DNA of 44,902 nucleotides from an uncultured Clostridia bacterium (lineage in GTDB: Bacteria > Bacillota > Clostridia > TANB77 > CAG-508). The DNA lies in NCBI GenBank assembly GCA_947624655.1, contig CANQLH010000016.1, positions 1-44,902 on the forward strand, read 5' to 3'. The notes under the pieces are model-generated. The model searched no databases. It was not told where the DNA came from and saw only the letters and a list, made by a program, of their open reading frames with translations. Each line of letters starts with the position of its first letter. Positions within the stretch are counted from its first letter, which is position 1. Shown here in pieces: positions 24,541 through 33,598 of the stretch. The position numbers and the translations under genes are program-made.

Positions 24541-26919
24541 ATGTCTGAACAAAACTTAATAACTGATGTAGACATTCTTGATGAAGCAAAAGAATGTTTT
24601 TTAGTATATAGTGAAGAAGTTCTTACTGACAGAGCTATTCCTGCCGCAGAAGATGGGCTTCTAAGCGCTCAACGAAAGATTCTTTGGACTATGGAAGATT
24701 ATCTCAAGATGGATAGCAAAAGTAAGACAAAAAAATGCAATGCTATAGTTGGTTCTACTCTTGCAACTTCTTATTTCCATGGTGACGCCGCTTGCTATGG
24801 TGTTCTTCGTAAGATGGCTCAAGAATTTTTAATGCGGTATCCTCTTGTTATCGGTCAAGGCCAGTTAGGCACTCAAGAAAATAATGATATGTTTTCTTCT
24901 TCTCGATATACTGAGGCTAAACCGTCCATATATACTGACCTTATGATGTTAGACTATAAGAAAAGTGTAGTACCAACAAAAGAAACATATAATGGTGAGT
25001 ATATGGAACCAGTTGTACTTCCATCTCTATTCCCCAATGCTCTATGTAATGGACGGCAAGCAATCGGGATAAGTATGAGCCATAATTCTGCCCCACACAA
25101 TCTAACAGAGATTTGTAATGCGCTTATAGCTACGATTGATAAAGGTGAACCATTAACAATAGATGAATTACTTACTTACGTACCTGGCCCCGATTTTCCA
25201 CTCGGTGGAACAGTATTAAACAGCAAAGATGTGCGTGCCGCCTTTGCGAACGGAAAATCTAGCGTCTCGCTTAAAATCCAAGGTGATTATGAAATTGATG
25301 GTCAAAAAATCATCTTTACCTCTATACCTTATAGAACATATAGAAATAAAATAAAAGAGCAAATAGAAAAGAATGTAGAGGTTTTAGGGGAAGTAATTAG
25401 TGATTTTGATGATGAATCCAATGTCGGCAAAAACAGACTTGTATTTCACGTTAAGCCTGGAGTGTCTATTTCTACCGCTCTGAATAAACTTTTCACATTA
25501 ACTGATTTACAAACCACTTTATCTTATAATATGAATTATATAGTCAATGGTACACCAGTTATGTGTTCTATGACAGATTTAATTCAAGCCTATTTGAATC
25601 ATCAAGAAGATGTAACTATAAAGGCTTTTACTTATGATATGGAAAAAGCTAAAGCTAGAGTTCATATTCTTAAAGGCTTAATTGCCGCAGTTGATAAGAT
25701 TGATGAAGTAATTAAACTTATTAAAGAATCTAACGGAAGAGCAGAAGCCAAAGAAAAATTAATAGCTTTCTTGTCTATTGATGATGTTCAAGCAACAGCT
25801 ATACTTGATATGAAGTTGGGTAAATTGACTCGTATTGATAAACAGGAACTTTGTGATGAGCTTAAAGAGAAAGAGGCATTTATTGTTAAGTGTGAAGATA
25901 TTATAAATAATAAGGCGTCTCGAATGGCGTATATTAAAGAACAAATTTCTAACCTTAAAAATAAATATGGAGATGCACGCCGCACTAAACTTCTTAATAT
26001 AGAAATCGCTAAAGACAAAAAAGAAAAACCAGTTATCGACTCCAAAGATTGCATAGTAATCATTAATAAAAATGGCGCTATTAAGCGAGTAGATAGCAAG
26101 GCGTTTAAACCTCAAAAACGCAATACCGCAGGCACAAAGACAAATGGTGATATTATAACGTTCTCTCAAAAGACTAATACTCAAGATACTCTTATGGTCT
26201 TTACATCAATAGGTAAGATGTATCGTCTCTTGATAGATAATATTCCAGAAGGGACAAATACAACTTCTGGTATGCCGTTAAGTACACTAATAGAATTTGA
26301 GAATAATGAAGTTCCTATGGCATATACTACATTAACAAGAGATACAGATAAGAAGTTTATATTCTTCGCTACAAAAAACGGAATCGTCAAGAAGGTTCCC
26401 CTTGATGAATACGACAAAATGAAGCGTACAGGCATTATAGCAATCTCATTAAAGGATGGAGACGAACTCGCGGCCGTCACCTTTATCAATGATGAACAAA
26501 TTATGCTTGTAACCGAGAATGGTATGACTATTAGATTTGAGACCAATGGTATGCCTATTTCTTCCAGAACGGCCCAAGGAGTTAAAGGTATGGCGATTGC
26601 TGATAACGACCATGTGATTGTGGCGCTCCCTATCTGCGAGACATCTCGTTATTTAGCGGTAGTAACCGAGAGTAACTATGGTAAAAAGATTGAGTTAAAA
26701 GAGTTTACTGTTCAGAATCGTGGAGGCAAAGGTCTATCTTGCTCGAAACTACCTATCGCGGGGGCCGCAATTATCAGTGATGACGATAACTTATTGGTTA
26801 GTGGAGAGAAAGCTTCAATCGTTATATCTAATTCTGATGTGCCTGTCTTAAATAGAACAAGTCAAGGTAATTTAATGTTAAAGACTAACATGAATATTAT
26901 CCATATGTCGAAAATATAA
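24541..26919 (+). CDS. Type IIA DNA topoisomerase, DNA breakage-reunion subunit (GyrA / T4 gp52-like)
   Basis: 'DRAIPAAEDGLLSAQRKILW' (GyrA N-terminal signature). Active-site context 'SSSRYTEAK' (catalytic Tyr). Confidence 0.85.
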   Translation: MSEQNLITDVDILDEAKECFLVYSEEVLTDRAIPAAEDGLLSAQRKILWTMEDYLKMDSKSKTKKCNAIVGSTLATSYFHGDAACYGVLRKMAQEFLMRYPLVIGQGQLGTQENNDMFSSSRYTEAKPSIYTDLMMLDYKKSVVPTKETYNGEYMEPVVLPSLFPNALCNGRQAIGISMSHNSAPHNLTEICNALIATIDKGEPLTIDELLTYVPGPDFPLGGTVLNSKDVRAAFANGKSSVSLKIQGDYEIDGQKIIFTSIPYRTYRNKIKEQIEKNVEVLGEVISDFDDESNVGKNRLVFHVKPGVSISTALNKLFTLTDLQTTLSYNMNYIVNGTPVMCSMTDLIQAYLNHQEDVTIKAFTYDMEKAKARVHILKGLIAAVDKIDEVIKLIKESNGRAEAKEKLIAFLSIDDVQATAILDMKLGKLTRIDKQELCDELKEKEAFIVKCEDIINNKASRMAYIKEQISNLKNKYGDARRTKLLNIEIAKDKKEKPVIDSKDCIVIINKNGAIKRVDSKAFKPQKRNTAGTKTNGDIITFSQKTNTQDTLMVFTSIGKMYRLLIDNIPEGTNTTSGMPLSTLIEFENNEVPMAYTTLTRDTDKKFIFFATKNGIVKKVPLDEYDKMKRTGIIAISLKDGDELAAVTFINDEQIMLVTENGMTIRFETNGMPISSRTAQGVKGMAIADNDHVIVALPICETSRYLAVVTESNYGKKIELKEFTVQNRGGKGLSCSKLPIAGAAIISDDDNLLVSGEKASIVISNSDVPVLNRTSQGNLMLKTNMNIIHMSKI

Positions 26920-26923
26920 ATAG

Positions 26924-26962
26924 GAGTGAGTAGTCAAACCTACTCACTCTTTTACTTGTTTT
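26924..26962 (+). terminator. Rho-independent terminator
   Basis: 10-bp stem gagtgagtag/ctactcactc with loop tcaaac, followed by ttttacttgtttt. Confidence 0.8.
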
Positions 26963-26975
26963 AATTTATTTATTT

Positions 26976-26997
26976 TGGTATAATATAATAAAGAAGA
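26976..26997 (+). promoter_or_regulatory. Extended -10 promoter (tggTATAATataataaagaag), copy 7
   Basis: TGgTATAAT at 26976-26984 plus leader, then RBS aaaaaggag before ATG 27020. Confidence 0.6.
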
Positions 26998-27019
26998 GAA
27001 GAAAAAGGAGCATAAATGA

Positions 27020-28138
27020 ATGTATCCAGAAGCAAAAATGATAGATGCTATGAAAGTTTGGAAGCTACCAGCAGGTAAAGAGTCCATGCTTTCTGAAATG
27101 TGCGAGAATGGTGAATACTTCTTAGAAGAAAAAATAGATGGATATTGGTATGAATACGAGAAAACTGATAACTATGCTTATCTATTCTCAAGAAATACAT
27201 CTGTAACAACAGGTACACTCTCTGAAAAGAGCGCCAACGTTCCCCATATTATGGAAGCTCTTGCTTGCCTTCCGCAGAATACAATTATAATTGGTGAGAT
27301 ATACTATCCTGGTGGTACTTCAAAGACAGTTACCTCTGTAATGGGTTGTCTACCAGCCGAGGCCATCAAGAGACAAAAAGATAATCCTATTCATTATTAT
27401 ATCCATGATATTATAGAATATGATGGAGTTAATCTTATGGACGAAGGAGCCGAGAGTCGATACTCTATTCTGGAAGCAGTATGGAATAAACATAATCTTG
27501 AACAATATGATTTCTTGCGGCTGGCGGTTAAAGTAGACACAGACCTTGAAGCAGAAATCTCACGTATCTTGAAATCTGGCGGCGAGGGCGCAGTTCTTAA
27601 AAAGAGAGACTATCCATATACCCCCGGTAAAAGACCAGCTTGGAGTACCATAAAAATTAAACAGATGGATTCTATTGATTTAGTCTGTATGGGTTTTTGT
27701 CCTCCTACTAAGGAGTATACTGGTAAAGAGCTTGAAACTTGGCCTTATTGGGAACACGCTTTAGAGGAATGGGAGAATGATATTGATGGTGAAGTAAAGA
27801 TTAAAATAGATGGTGTACAAACCGATGTTTGTCAATATGGGAAACCTGGCTGGTATCCTATTACTAAATATTATTATCTTGGCTGGTATACAGCGATAAA
27901 GATAGGAGCATATGATGATAATGGAAATCTCATAGAGCTTGGAACCGTAAGTTCTGGACTCACAGAAGTTATGAAAATGGATATGACTTGTCAGCCTGAC
28001 CATTATCTTGGAGAAGTTTGTTCATTGGATTGTATGAGCATTGATAAAAAAGAACATACTTTACGTCATCCAGCTTTTAAATCTTGGCGTCCAGATAAAG
28101 ATGCTAAAGACTGCGTTATTTCAGAGATATTCACTTAA
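27020..28138 (+). CDS. ATP-dependent DNA ligase
   Basis: Motif I 'EEKIDGYW' (KxDG). Motif V 'EGAVLKKRDYPYTPGKRPAWSTIKIK'. Size typical of compact phage ligases. Confidence 0.75.
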   Translation: MYPEAKMIDAMKVWKLPAGKESMLSEMCENGEYFLEEKIDGYWYEYEKTDNYAYLFSRNTSVTTGTLSEKSANVPHIMEALACLPQNTIIIGEIYYPGGTSKTVTSVMGCLPAEAIKRQKDNPIHYYIHDIIEYDGVNLMDEGAESRYSILEAVWNKHNLEQYDFLRLAVKVDTDLEAEISRILKSGGEGAVLKKRDYPYTPGKRPAWSTIKIKQMDSIDLVCMGFCPPTKEYTGKELETWPYWEHALEEWENDIDGEVKIKIDGVQTDVCQYGKPGWYPITKYYYLGWYTAIKIGAYDDNGNLIELGTVSSGLTEVMKMDMTCQPDHYLGEVCSLDCMSIDKKEHTLRHPAFKSWRPDKDAKDCVISEIFT

Positions 28139-28144
28139 AAAATT

Positions 28145-28174
28145 TTTGACTATTAAAAAATTTTATGCTATACT
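28145..28174 (+). promoter_or_regulatory. Sigma-70-like promoter: -35 TTGACT, 18-nt spacer, extended -10 tgcTATACT; copy 8
   Basis: ttgact at 28145-28150, tgctatact at 28166-28174. Confidence 0.6.
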
Positions 28175-28210
28175 AGTATTGTAATTCAAAAATAGAGGAT
28201 AGAGAATTAA

Positions 28211-28417
28211 ATGACCCGTAAGGAAATCCGTAAATGGGCTCAGTAGCTCGCTGAGCTCGAAACAATCCACCAAAATTCTTCCTCTTAGGAAGAAAAACTT
28301 AATGCAGAAAAACGCATTATGGAAATCACGAGTCAGATTATGTCTGACCCAAAAAATTTTGAAGCTATGTGTGACATAGACGAATTAGTACAAACTTTAT
28401 TAAACAAGGAGAAATAA
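28211..28417 (+). CDS. hypothetical small protein (68 codons) with two in-frame TAGs
   Basis: RBS agaggatagag before ATG 28211. Single open frame to TAA 28415-28417 reading through TAG at 28244 and 28289. Confidence 0.45.
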
Positions 28418-28422
28418 TTATT

Positions 28423-28689
28423 ATGGCTGCTATGAAAGAAAATACTCGTAAGATTTTTGATTACCTTAAAGAGCATGATGGAGAGGATATGACTGCCGCT
28501 GATGTCGGCGAGGCTCTTGGCCTTGACCCTAAATCCGTAAATGGTAGTTTCACTTCCTTCTAGAAGAAAGGCTGGGGTGTCCGTGAGGATGCTGAAATTG
28601 AGCTTGATGACAAGACTCATAAGAAGGTTAAGTTCCTTCGTCTCACTCCTGAAGGCCGCGCATACGACCCTGATACTGCGGTCGAGTGA
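28423..28689 (+). CDS. hypothetical winged-helix-like DNA-binding protein (88 codons) with one in-frame TAG
   Basis: RBS aaggag before ATG 28423. 'MTAADVGEALGLDPKSVNGSFTSF(TAG)KKGWGV' is HTH-like. Ends TGA 28687-28689. Confidence 0.45.
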
Positions 28690-28697
28690 TTTAATAA

Positions 28698-28730
28698 CCG
28701 GAAGGAATAACGCCTTCCGGCTACTTTATT
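28698..28730 (+). terminator. Hairpin terminator (ccggaagg-aataacg-ccttccgg) with a weak U tract
   Basis: Perfect 8-bp GC-rich stem seen directly, followed by ctactttatt. Confidence 0.55.
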
Positions 28731-28735
28731 AAATA

Positions 28736-29673
28736 TGAATGTAGCATTGATAGTAGTTAGTCTAGTGCTTATCATTGTTAGTATTTGTTTATTATCAATT
28801 AGTTATAAATATCGTAAACTTAATCGGGATAACTTATAGATAATTGAAATAAATGGTAAACGACAAGAATAGAATAAGTAGCTAGATATTGAAAATAAAT
28901 AGTTAGAAACGACCAATCAAGGATTAAAAGACTAGTATAATGAAATAGTTGAACAAATAGAAGGTCTTTCTGCTTCTGCGGAAAGAATGAAATAGAACTC
29001 TGAATAGAGAGCTTAGGAGCAGTTTCAAGCTAAATATGATTAGCTTATGAACTAGTTATCTAAAGACCATGAAGCGGCGGTCGCCGCATATCAATTAGAA
29101 CTTTCTGCTCTTGCTAAGAAGAAAGAGTTTGAGCAATCTAAATTACAAGATATTGAAAATAAATAGCTTGCTTATTTAGAGGCGCAAAAACGGCAAGAAG
29201 AAATGAAAAATAATCAAGACTTTTATCGTCTTGTAATTAATGATATAGATTTAGAAGACGTTAAGATGCTACGAGAATTATAGGTTCGTTTCTCTCATAA
29301 AGATAGTATTGATAAACTTATCTGGGAGAATTACTACAAACCAGCTTATGACGCTTTAATGGCGAGATTATTCGGGCAGAAAACAAAAGTATGCGGTATC
29401 TATAAGATTACTGATACTACAACGGAGCTATCTTACATTGGGCAGTCTGTTGATATTAAAGAGCGTTTCCGCCAGCATATTAAAACGTCATTAACTTATG
29501 GTGTAGCAACCAATAAACTATATCAAGCATTACAACGTTCTGGACAATCCAACTTTACATTTGAGATATTAGAAGAAGTCGATAGAAGCAAACTGAATGA
29601 ACGAGAAATATATTGGATAGATTTTTATAAAACGAAGGAGTTCGGCCTCAATAAGACTATAGGAGGATCCTAA
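28736..29673 (+). CDS. Membrane-anchored coiled-coil protein with a C-terminal GIY-YIG nuclease domain; 13 in-frame TAG codons
   Basis: One frame from ATG 28736 to TAA 29671-29673 contains 13 TAG and no TAA/TGA. N-terminal TM 'VALIVVSLVLIIVSICLLSI'. ~200 aa heptad-like region. C-terminal 'GIYKITDTTTELSYIGQSVDIKERFRQH...EREIYWIDFY...LNKTIGG' (GIY-YIG). No RBS before the internal ATG at 29359. Confidence 0.6.
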
Positions 29674-29972
29674 TGAAGAGAATCATCGCAGATAGATGTA
29701 TGGGTAAGACAAGTTCACTATTAACCTTTGCAATGAATCTTGCTCTTGCTAATCCGGAGAAGACAGTCGTGTTTGTGACTTCTTCTCCAGCATCAAAAGA
29801 ACTGAATATGAAAGAATTTACAAATGAAACGCCAAATCTCATCTTTAAGAGTTATTCATATCTCCATAGCGGAGCAGAGCTAGGAAAGAATGATTTGGTT
29901 ATTATTGACGAAATTGATACTTATTTAATGGGATTGAATGTTGTAGGATATACTGCAACAATAGGAGATTAA
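29673..29972 (+). CDS. hypothetical small P-loop-like protein (99 aa)
   Basis: 'DRCMGKTSSLL' (Walker-A-like) and 'LVIIDEID' (Walker-B-like); too short for a complete ATPase. Confidence 0.35.
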   Translation: MKRIIADRCMGKTSSLLTFAMNLALANPEKTVVFVTSSPASKELNMKEFTNETPNLIFKSYSYLHSGAELGKNDLVIIDEIDTYLMGLNVVGYTATIGD

Positions 29973-29973
29973 T

Positions 29974-30600
29974 ATGAAAATAATTGAGCCTAAAGTAGAA
30001 TTTATGATACCTATTGATGGGGAAAAAATTCTTAAATAGATAGAGCAAGCTGGACGCGTTTGCTATAAGAGTGAAGATAAGATTACCGAAGATAGCGCAC
30101 ATAGATTTGTAGCAAATATTATCAAAAGAGGGCATGAAGCAGTCCTTGAACACGCATCTTTTACTGTAAAATTTACTTGCGATAGAGGTGTAAGCCATGA
30201 GATAGTGCGGCACCGCCTAGCAGCGTATTGTCAAGAATCTACGCGGTATTGCAACTATAGTGGAGATAAGTTCGGGGATGAGATTACAGTTATTCGACCT
30301 TGCTTCTGGGAGGAAGGAAGTCCTGAATATACTACTTGGAAGACTTTATGCCAGATAACTGAAAATGCTTATTTTACTTTGCTTAATACTGGTGCGACTC
30401 CTCAAGAAGCTCGAAGTATTCTTCCAAACAGCCTTAAAACCGAGATAGTTATGACAGCTAATATTCGCGAATGGCGTCATTTCTTCAAGCTAAGATGCTC
30501 TCCAGCCGCGCATCCGCAAATGAGGCAAGTTGCTTGTATGTTGTTGCGTATGTGCAAGGAACAAATCCCCATACTATTTGATGATATTCCTTGCGATTGA
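29974..30600 (+). CDS. thyX: Flavin-dependent thymidylate synthase ThyX, with one in-frame TAG (30037-30039)
   Basis: ThyX signature 'RHRLAAYCQESTRY' (RHR-x7-S). Contiguous frame from ATG 29974 through the TAG into track ORF 30205-30600. Confidence 0.8.
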
Positions 30601-30616
30601 CAAAATCTTTTATTTT

Positions 30617-30638
30617 TGGTATAATATGTATATAAAAT
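30617..30638 (+). promoter_or_regulatory. Extended -10 promoter (tggTATAATatgtatataaaat), copy 9
   Basis: TGgTATAAT at 30617-30625 plus leader. RBS aaaggaaag before GTG 30658. Confidence 0.55.
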
Positions 30639-30657
30639 GATAAAGGAAAGAATTACA

Positions 30658-31053
30658 GTGAATAAGATTACAGAATTTTTAGATTTTTTCAATTACTTGG
30701 TAAAGAATTGTAAAGAACCAGTGGCATTATCAGATGATGTTAATGAAGTTCTTGAAATGCTGAAGGCACAAGAGACAAGTCTTGATAACAAGCCTATATT
30801 TACTGAATCTGGCTTCCAAATCCTTGAATATCTACAATCTATTGATAACAAGAACTTGAAAGCTAAAGACATCGCAGATGGAATGGGAATTTCTTCAAGA
30901 AAAGTTTCTGGCGCCATGCGTAAACTCGTTTCAGACGGCTTTGTAGATAAGTTTGGACAGAATCCAGTCATTTACAGCTTAACTGAAAAAGGAAAAAGTT
31001 TTGATATTATGAATTATAAGGAGAAAATGAACAATGAAGAAGACAATGATTAA
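30658..31053 (+). CDS. hypothetical protein, likely GTG start; possible winged-helix
   Basis: The conserved leader places the RBS aaaggaaag 7 nt before GTG 30658. The track ATG 30637 lies inside the leader. 'ILEYLQSIDNKNLKAKDIADGMGISSRKVSGAMRKL' is HTH-like. Confidence 0.4.
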   Translation: MNKITEFLDFFNYLVKNCKEPVALSDDVNEVLEMLKAQETSLDNKPIFTESGFQILEYLQSIDNKNLKAKDIADGMGISSRKVSGAMRKLVSDGFVDKFGQNPVIYSLTEKGKSFDIMNYKEKMNNEEDND

Positions 31054-31981
31054 TAACACCCATATTGAAGGTTATGTATACGAGCATAAACTTGAGCTCA
31101 AGACATCTGGCGCAAACTCCAAGCATCCTGGAACTGAGTTTATCAATGGCACTTTAAGCATTGCTACCGATGACGACTGCCTCAATGTTATCTCCGTACA
31201 TTACACCTATGTAACTGCGGTTACTAATAGCGGTAAGCCTAATGCAACCTTTAATATTCTAAAGGCTATTATCGACGAGAAGATTGGCACAGTGATGAAG
31301 CATGGTAAGGAAAATGCTGGTAAAGTCCGCATTGACTCTGCTATTGATTTGAATGAGTGGTACGATTCTCGTACTCCTGGCAATCCTCTCGTATCCAACA
31401 AGAGAAATGAGGGCGGATTTGTGCATCAGGTAAGTGACCTCTGCAATCCTGAGAATCGCTCTACCTTTGAGACAGATATGATTATCACTAATGTTAAGAG
31501 AGTTGAAGCTAATGAAGAGCGTCAGACTCCTGAGAAGGTTATTGTTAAGGGCTATGTCTTTAACTTCCGTAATGACGTACTTCCTGTTGATTTCTCTGTA
31601 ACATTCCCCCCTGCTATGGATTATTTTGAGGGTCTTGATGCTTCTGAGAAAACTCCTGTGTTCACCAAGGTTCGTGGAGTTCAGGTTTCTCAGACTTCTA
31701 TTCGTACAGTTGAGGAGACAGGTGCTTGGGGCACAAGCGTAAAGCAGGTTCCTACTTCTTATCGTGATTTCGTAATCACTTGGGCGCAGAATGAGCCTTA
31801 TGCTTGGGATGATGAATCTACTATTCTCGCTTCTGAGCTTTCTGAGAAGCTCGCAAAGCGTGAGCTCTACCTTGCTGATATTAAGAAGCGTCAGGATGAA
31901 TATCAGGCAAGTAAGGGTGCGGCGGTCGCTGCTCCGGCCGGTTCCACGGTTCCTAAGAAGTCTTCTGACTATAACTTTTAA
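31034..31981 (+). CDS. hypothetical protein; possible ssDNA-binding / recombination accessory protein (position next to a Sak4-like ATPase; acidic aromatic C-terminus ...SSDYNF)
   Basis: Context only: it precedes the AAA_24 ATPase, and the C-terminal tail resembles the SSB DIPF-type tail. No firm motif. Confidence 0.3.
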   Translation: MKKTMINNTHIEGYVYEHKLELKTSGANSKHPGTEFINGTLSIATDDDCLNVISVHYTYVTAVTNSGKPNATFNILKAIIDEKIGTVMKHGKENAGKVRIDSAIDLNEWYDSRTPGNPLVSNKRNEGGFVHQVSDLCNPENRSTFETDMIITNVKRVEANEERQTPEKVIVKGYVFNFRNDVLPVDFSVTFPPAMDYFEGLDASEKTPVFTKVRGVQVSQTSIRTVEETGAWGTSVKQVPTSYRDFVITWAQNEPYAWDDESTILASELSEKLAKRELYLADIKKRQDEYQASKGAAVAAPAGSTVPKKSSDYNF

Positions 31982-31996
31982 TAGGAGGGCTAACTG

Positions 31997-32974
31997 ATGG
32001 GTCTTCTTGACATTAAACCCCATGAGGTCTCACGAGACCTCAGGGGATATTCAGTTTTCTTTTATGGCGAACCAAAGAGTGGTAAAACCACAATCGCCAG
32101 TAAATTCCCTGGAGCTTTGCTCCTCGCCTTTGAAAAAGGTTACAACGCATTGCCTGGTGTCTATGCCCAGCCAATTAACAGCTGGGGCGAGTTCAAGAAA
32201 CTCTTTAACGAGTTGAAACTTCCTGAAGTACAAGAGAAGTTCCAGACAATCGTAATTGATACCGCAGATATTGCATATGCTTATTGTGAGAAGTATATCT
32301 GCAATCGTGAGGGTGTTGATACAGTTGGAGATATCCCCTACGGTAAGGGTTATAACCTAATCAGCACTGAATTTGATGAGAGCATCCGCAAGATTCTTCA
32401 ACTTAACTATGGTCTTGTTCTTATCTCACACGCCAAGAGTCAAACCAGCAAGAACGCTAAGGGTGAAGATATTGCATCCCAGATTGTTCCCACCCTCGAC
32501 TCTCGCGGCCGCCGCATTTGCGAAAGAACCTGTGATATTATTGGTTACTCTGCTATGGTAACTGATGAAAATGGCGATGTCACAACTCGTTTATTCATGC
32601 GCGGTACTCCTCAGTATGTTGCTGGTTCTCGTTTTAAGTACATGGTTAATTCCATTCCATTCAATTACGAAAGCCTTGTGAAAGCAATTACTGATGCTAT
32701 TGATATGCAGAGCCAGGAAACTGGTGGTCAATATATTACAGATAGAGCTACTCAAGTTATTACTGAAGAAGTGACATACGACTTTGATGCTCTGATGGCA
32801 GAGTTCCAAGATTTAGTTGGCAATCTAATGTCAGCGAACCAATCTAATGCCACTAAGATTACTGCTATTGTTGATAAGTACCTCGGAAAAGGTAAAAAAG
32901 TTTCCGATTGTACTCCAGACCAGGCAGAGCAAATAGATTTGATAAATACCGATTTAAAGGGCCTTCTAGTCTAA
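31997..32974 (+). CDS. AAA_24-family ATPase (Sak4-like phage recombination/replication ATPase)
   Basis: 'YSVFFYGEPKSGKTTIASKFPGALLLAFEKG' Walker A in the AAA_24 pattern; 'TIVIDTADIAY' Walker B. Confidence 0.65.
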   Translation: MGLLDIKPHEVSRDLRGYSVFFYGEPKSGKTTIASKFPGALLLAFEKGYNALPGVYAQPINSWGEFKKLFNELKLPEVQEKFQTIVIDTADIAYAYCEKYICNREGVDTVGDIPYGKGYNLISTEFDESIRKILQLNYGLVLISHAKSQTSKNAKGEDIASQIVPTLDSRGRRICERTCDIIGYSAMVTDENGDVTTRLFMRGTPQYVAGSRFKYMVNSIPFNYESLVKAITDAIDMQSQETGGQYITDRATQVITEEVTYDFDALMAEFQDLVGNLMSANQSNATKITAIVDKYLGKGKKVSDCTPDQAEQIDLINTDLKGLLV

Positions 32975-32978
32975 AAGC

Positions 32979-33015
32979 AGCCGGATATTACGTTGTTAAT
33001 ATCCGGCTATTGATT
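32979..33015 (+). terminator. Hairpin terminator after the Sak4-like gene
   Basis: 12-bp stem agccggatatta/taatatccggct with loop cgttgt, followed by attgatttatt. Confidence 0.6.
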
Positions 33016-33029
33016 TATTAAAATAAATA

Positions 33030-33051
33030 TGTTATAATATTTATAGAAATA
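33030..33051 (+). promoter_or_regulatory. Extended -10 promoter (tgtTATAATatttatagaaata), copy 10
   Basis: TGtTATAAT at 33030-33038 plus conserved ATTTATAGAAA leader. RBS aaaaggagag before ATG 33077. Confidence 0.6.
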
Positions 33052-33076
33052 ATGATTACCAAAAGGAGAGCGTAAT

Positions 33077-33598
33077 ATGGCAAAACACATGGTTAAATGC
33101 CCAATATGTAACGAGACCTTTGACGCCAATCAAGAAGAATATGTTATGATTGGTCGAAGATACGCTCATTTAAGATGTAAACAATCAGCTCAAGAACGAG
33201 AAGAGTAGACAAAAAGAGATAAGGCCGAATTAGAAACTTATATTAAAGAATTATTTAAATATCAACAGCTACCAGAAAAAGTAAAGAGACAAATTAAACA
33301 ATATACAACAGAAAATGGATATACATATTCTGGCATATTAAAGACTTTGAAATATTGGTTTGACATAAAGAATAACAATATCGAAAAAGCAAATGGAGGT
33401 ATAGGTATCGTACCTTGGGTATATAATGATGCTTATAACTATTGGAGAAGCATTTGGGAAGCAAGAGAACGTAATAAAGATATAGAAGAAGTTATCATTC
33501 CAGTAAGAGAGATACATATTCTTCCACCTAAACGAGAACCGATGAAACATTTACGAAAAAAATTTACTTTCTTGGAGGATGATAGCAATGAGTAGTAA
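33077..33598 (+). CDS. hypothetical protein with N-terminal zinc-ribbon; in-frame TAG at 33203-33205 and a TAG immediately before the terminal TAA
   Basis: 'CPICNETF...HLRC' zinc-ribbon. Contiguous frame through the TAG into track ORF 33347-33595. The frame ends ...gag TAG TAA (33593-33598). Confidence 0.5.

Noticed and set aside
29359-29673. Stand-alone 104-aa GIY-YIG ORF as annotated in the six-frame track
   Set aside because: The frame is open for 208 codons upstream with only TAGs as stops and no RBS precedes ATG 29359. It is treated as the C-terminal domain of the 28736-29673 gene. The alternative is kept as an explicit refutation test in the findings.
30637-30657. ATG 30637 as the start of the 30637-31053 ORF (as in the six-frame track)
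   Set aside because: The ATG lies within the conserved promoter leader (tataaaATGataaaggaaag). The conserved RBS aaaggaaag is positioned for GTG 30658, matching the geometry of the other ten cassettes.
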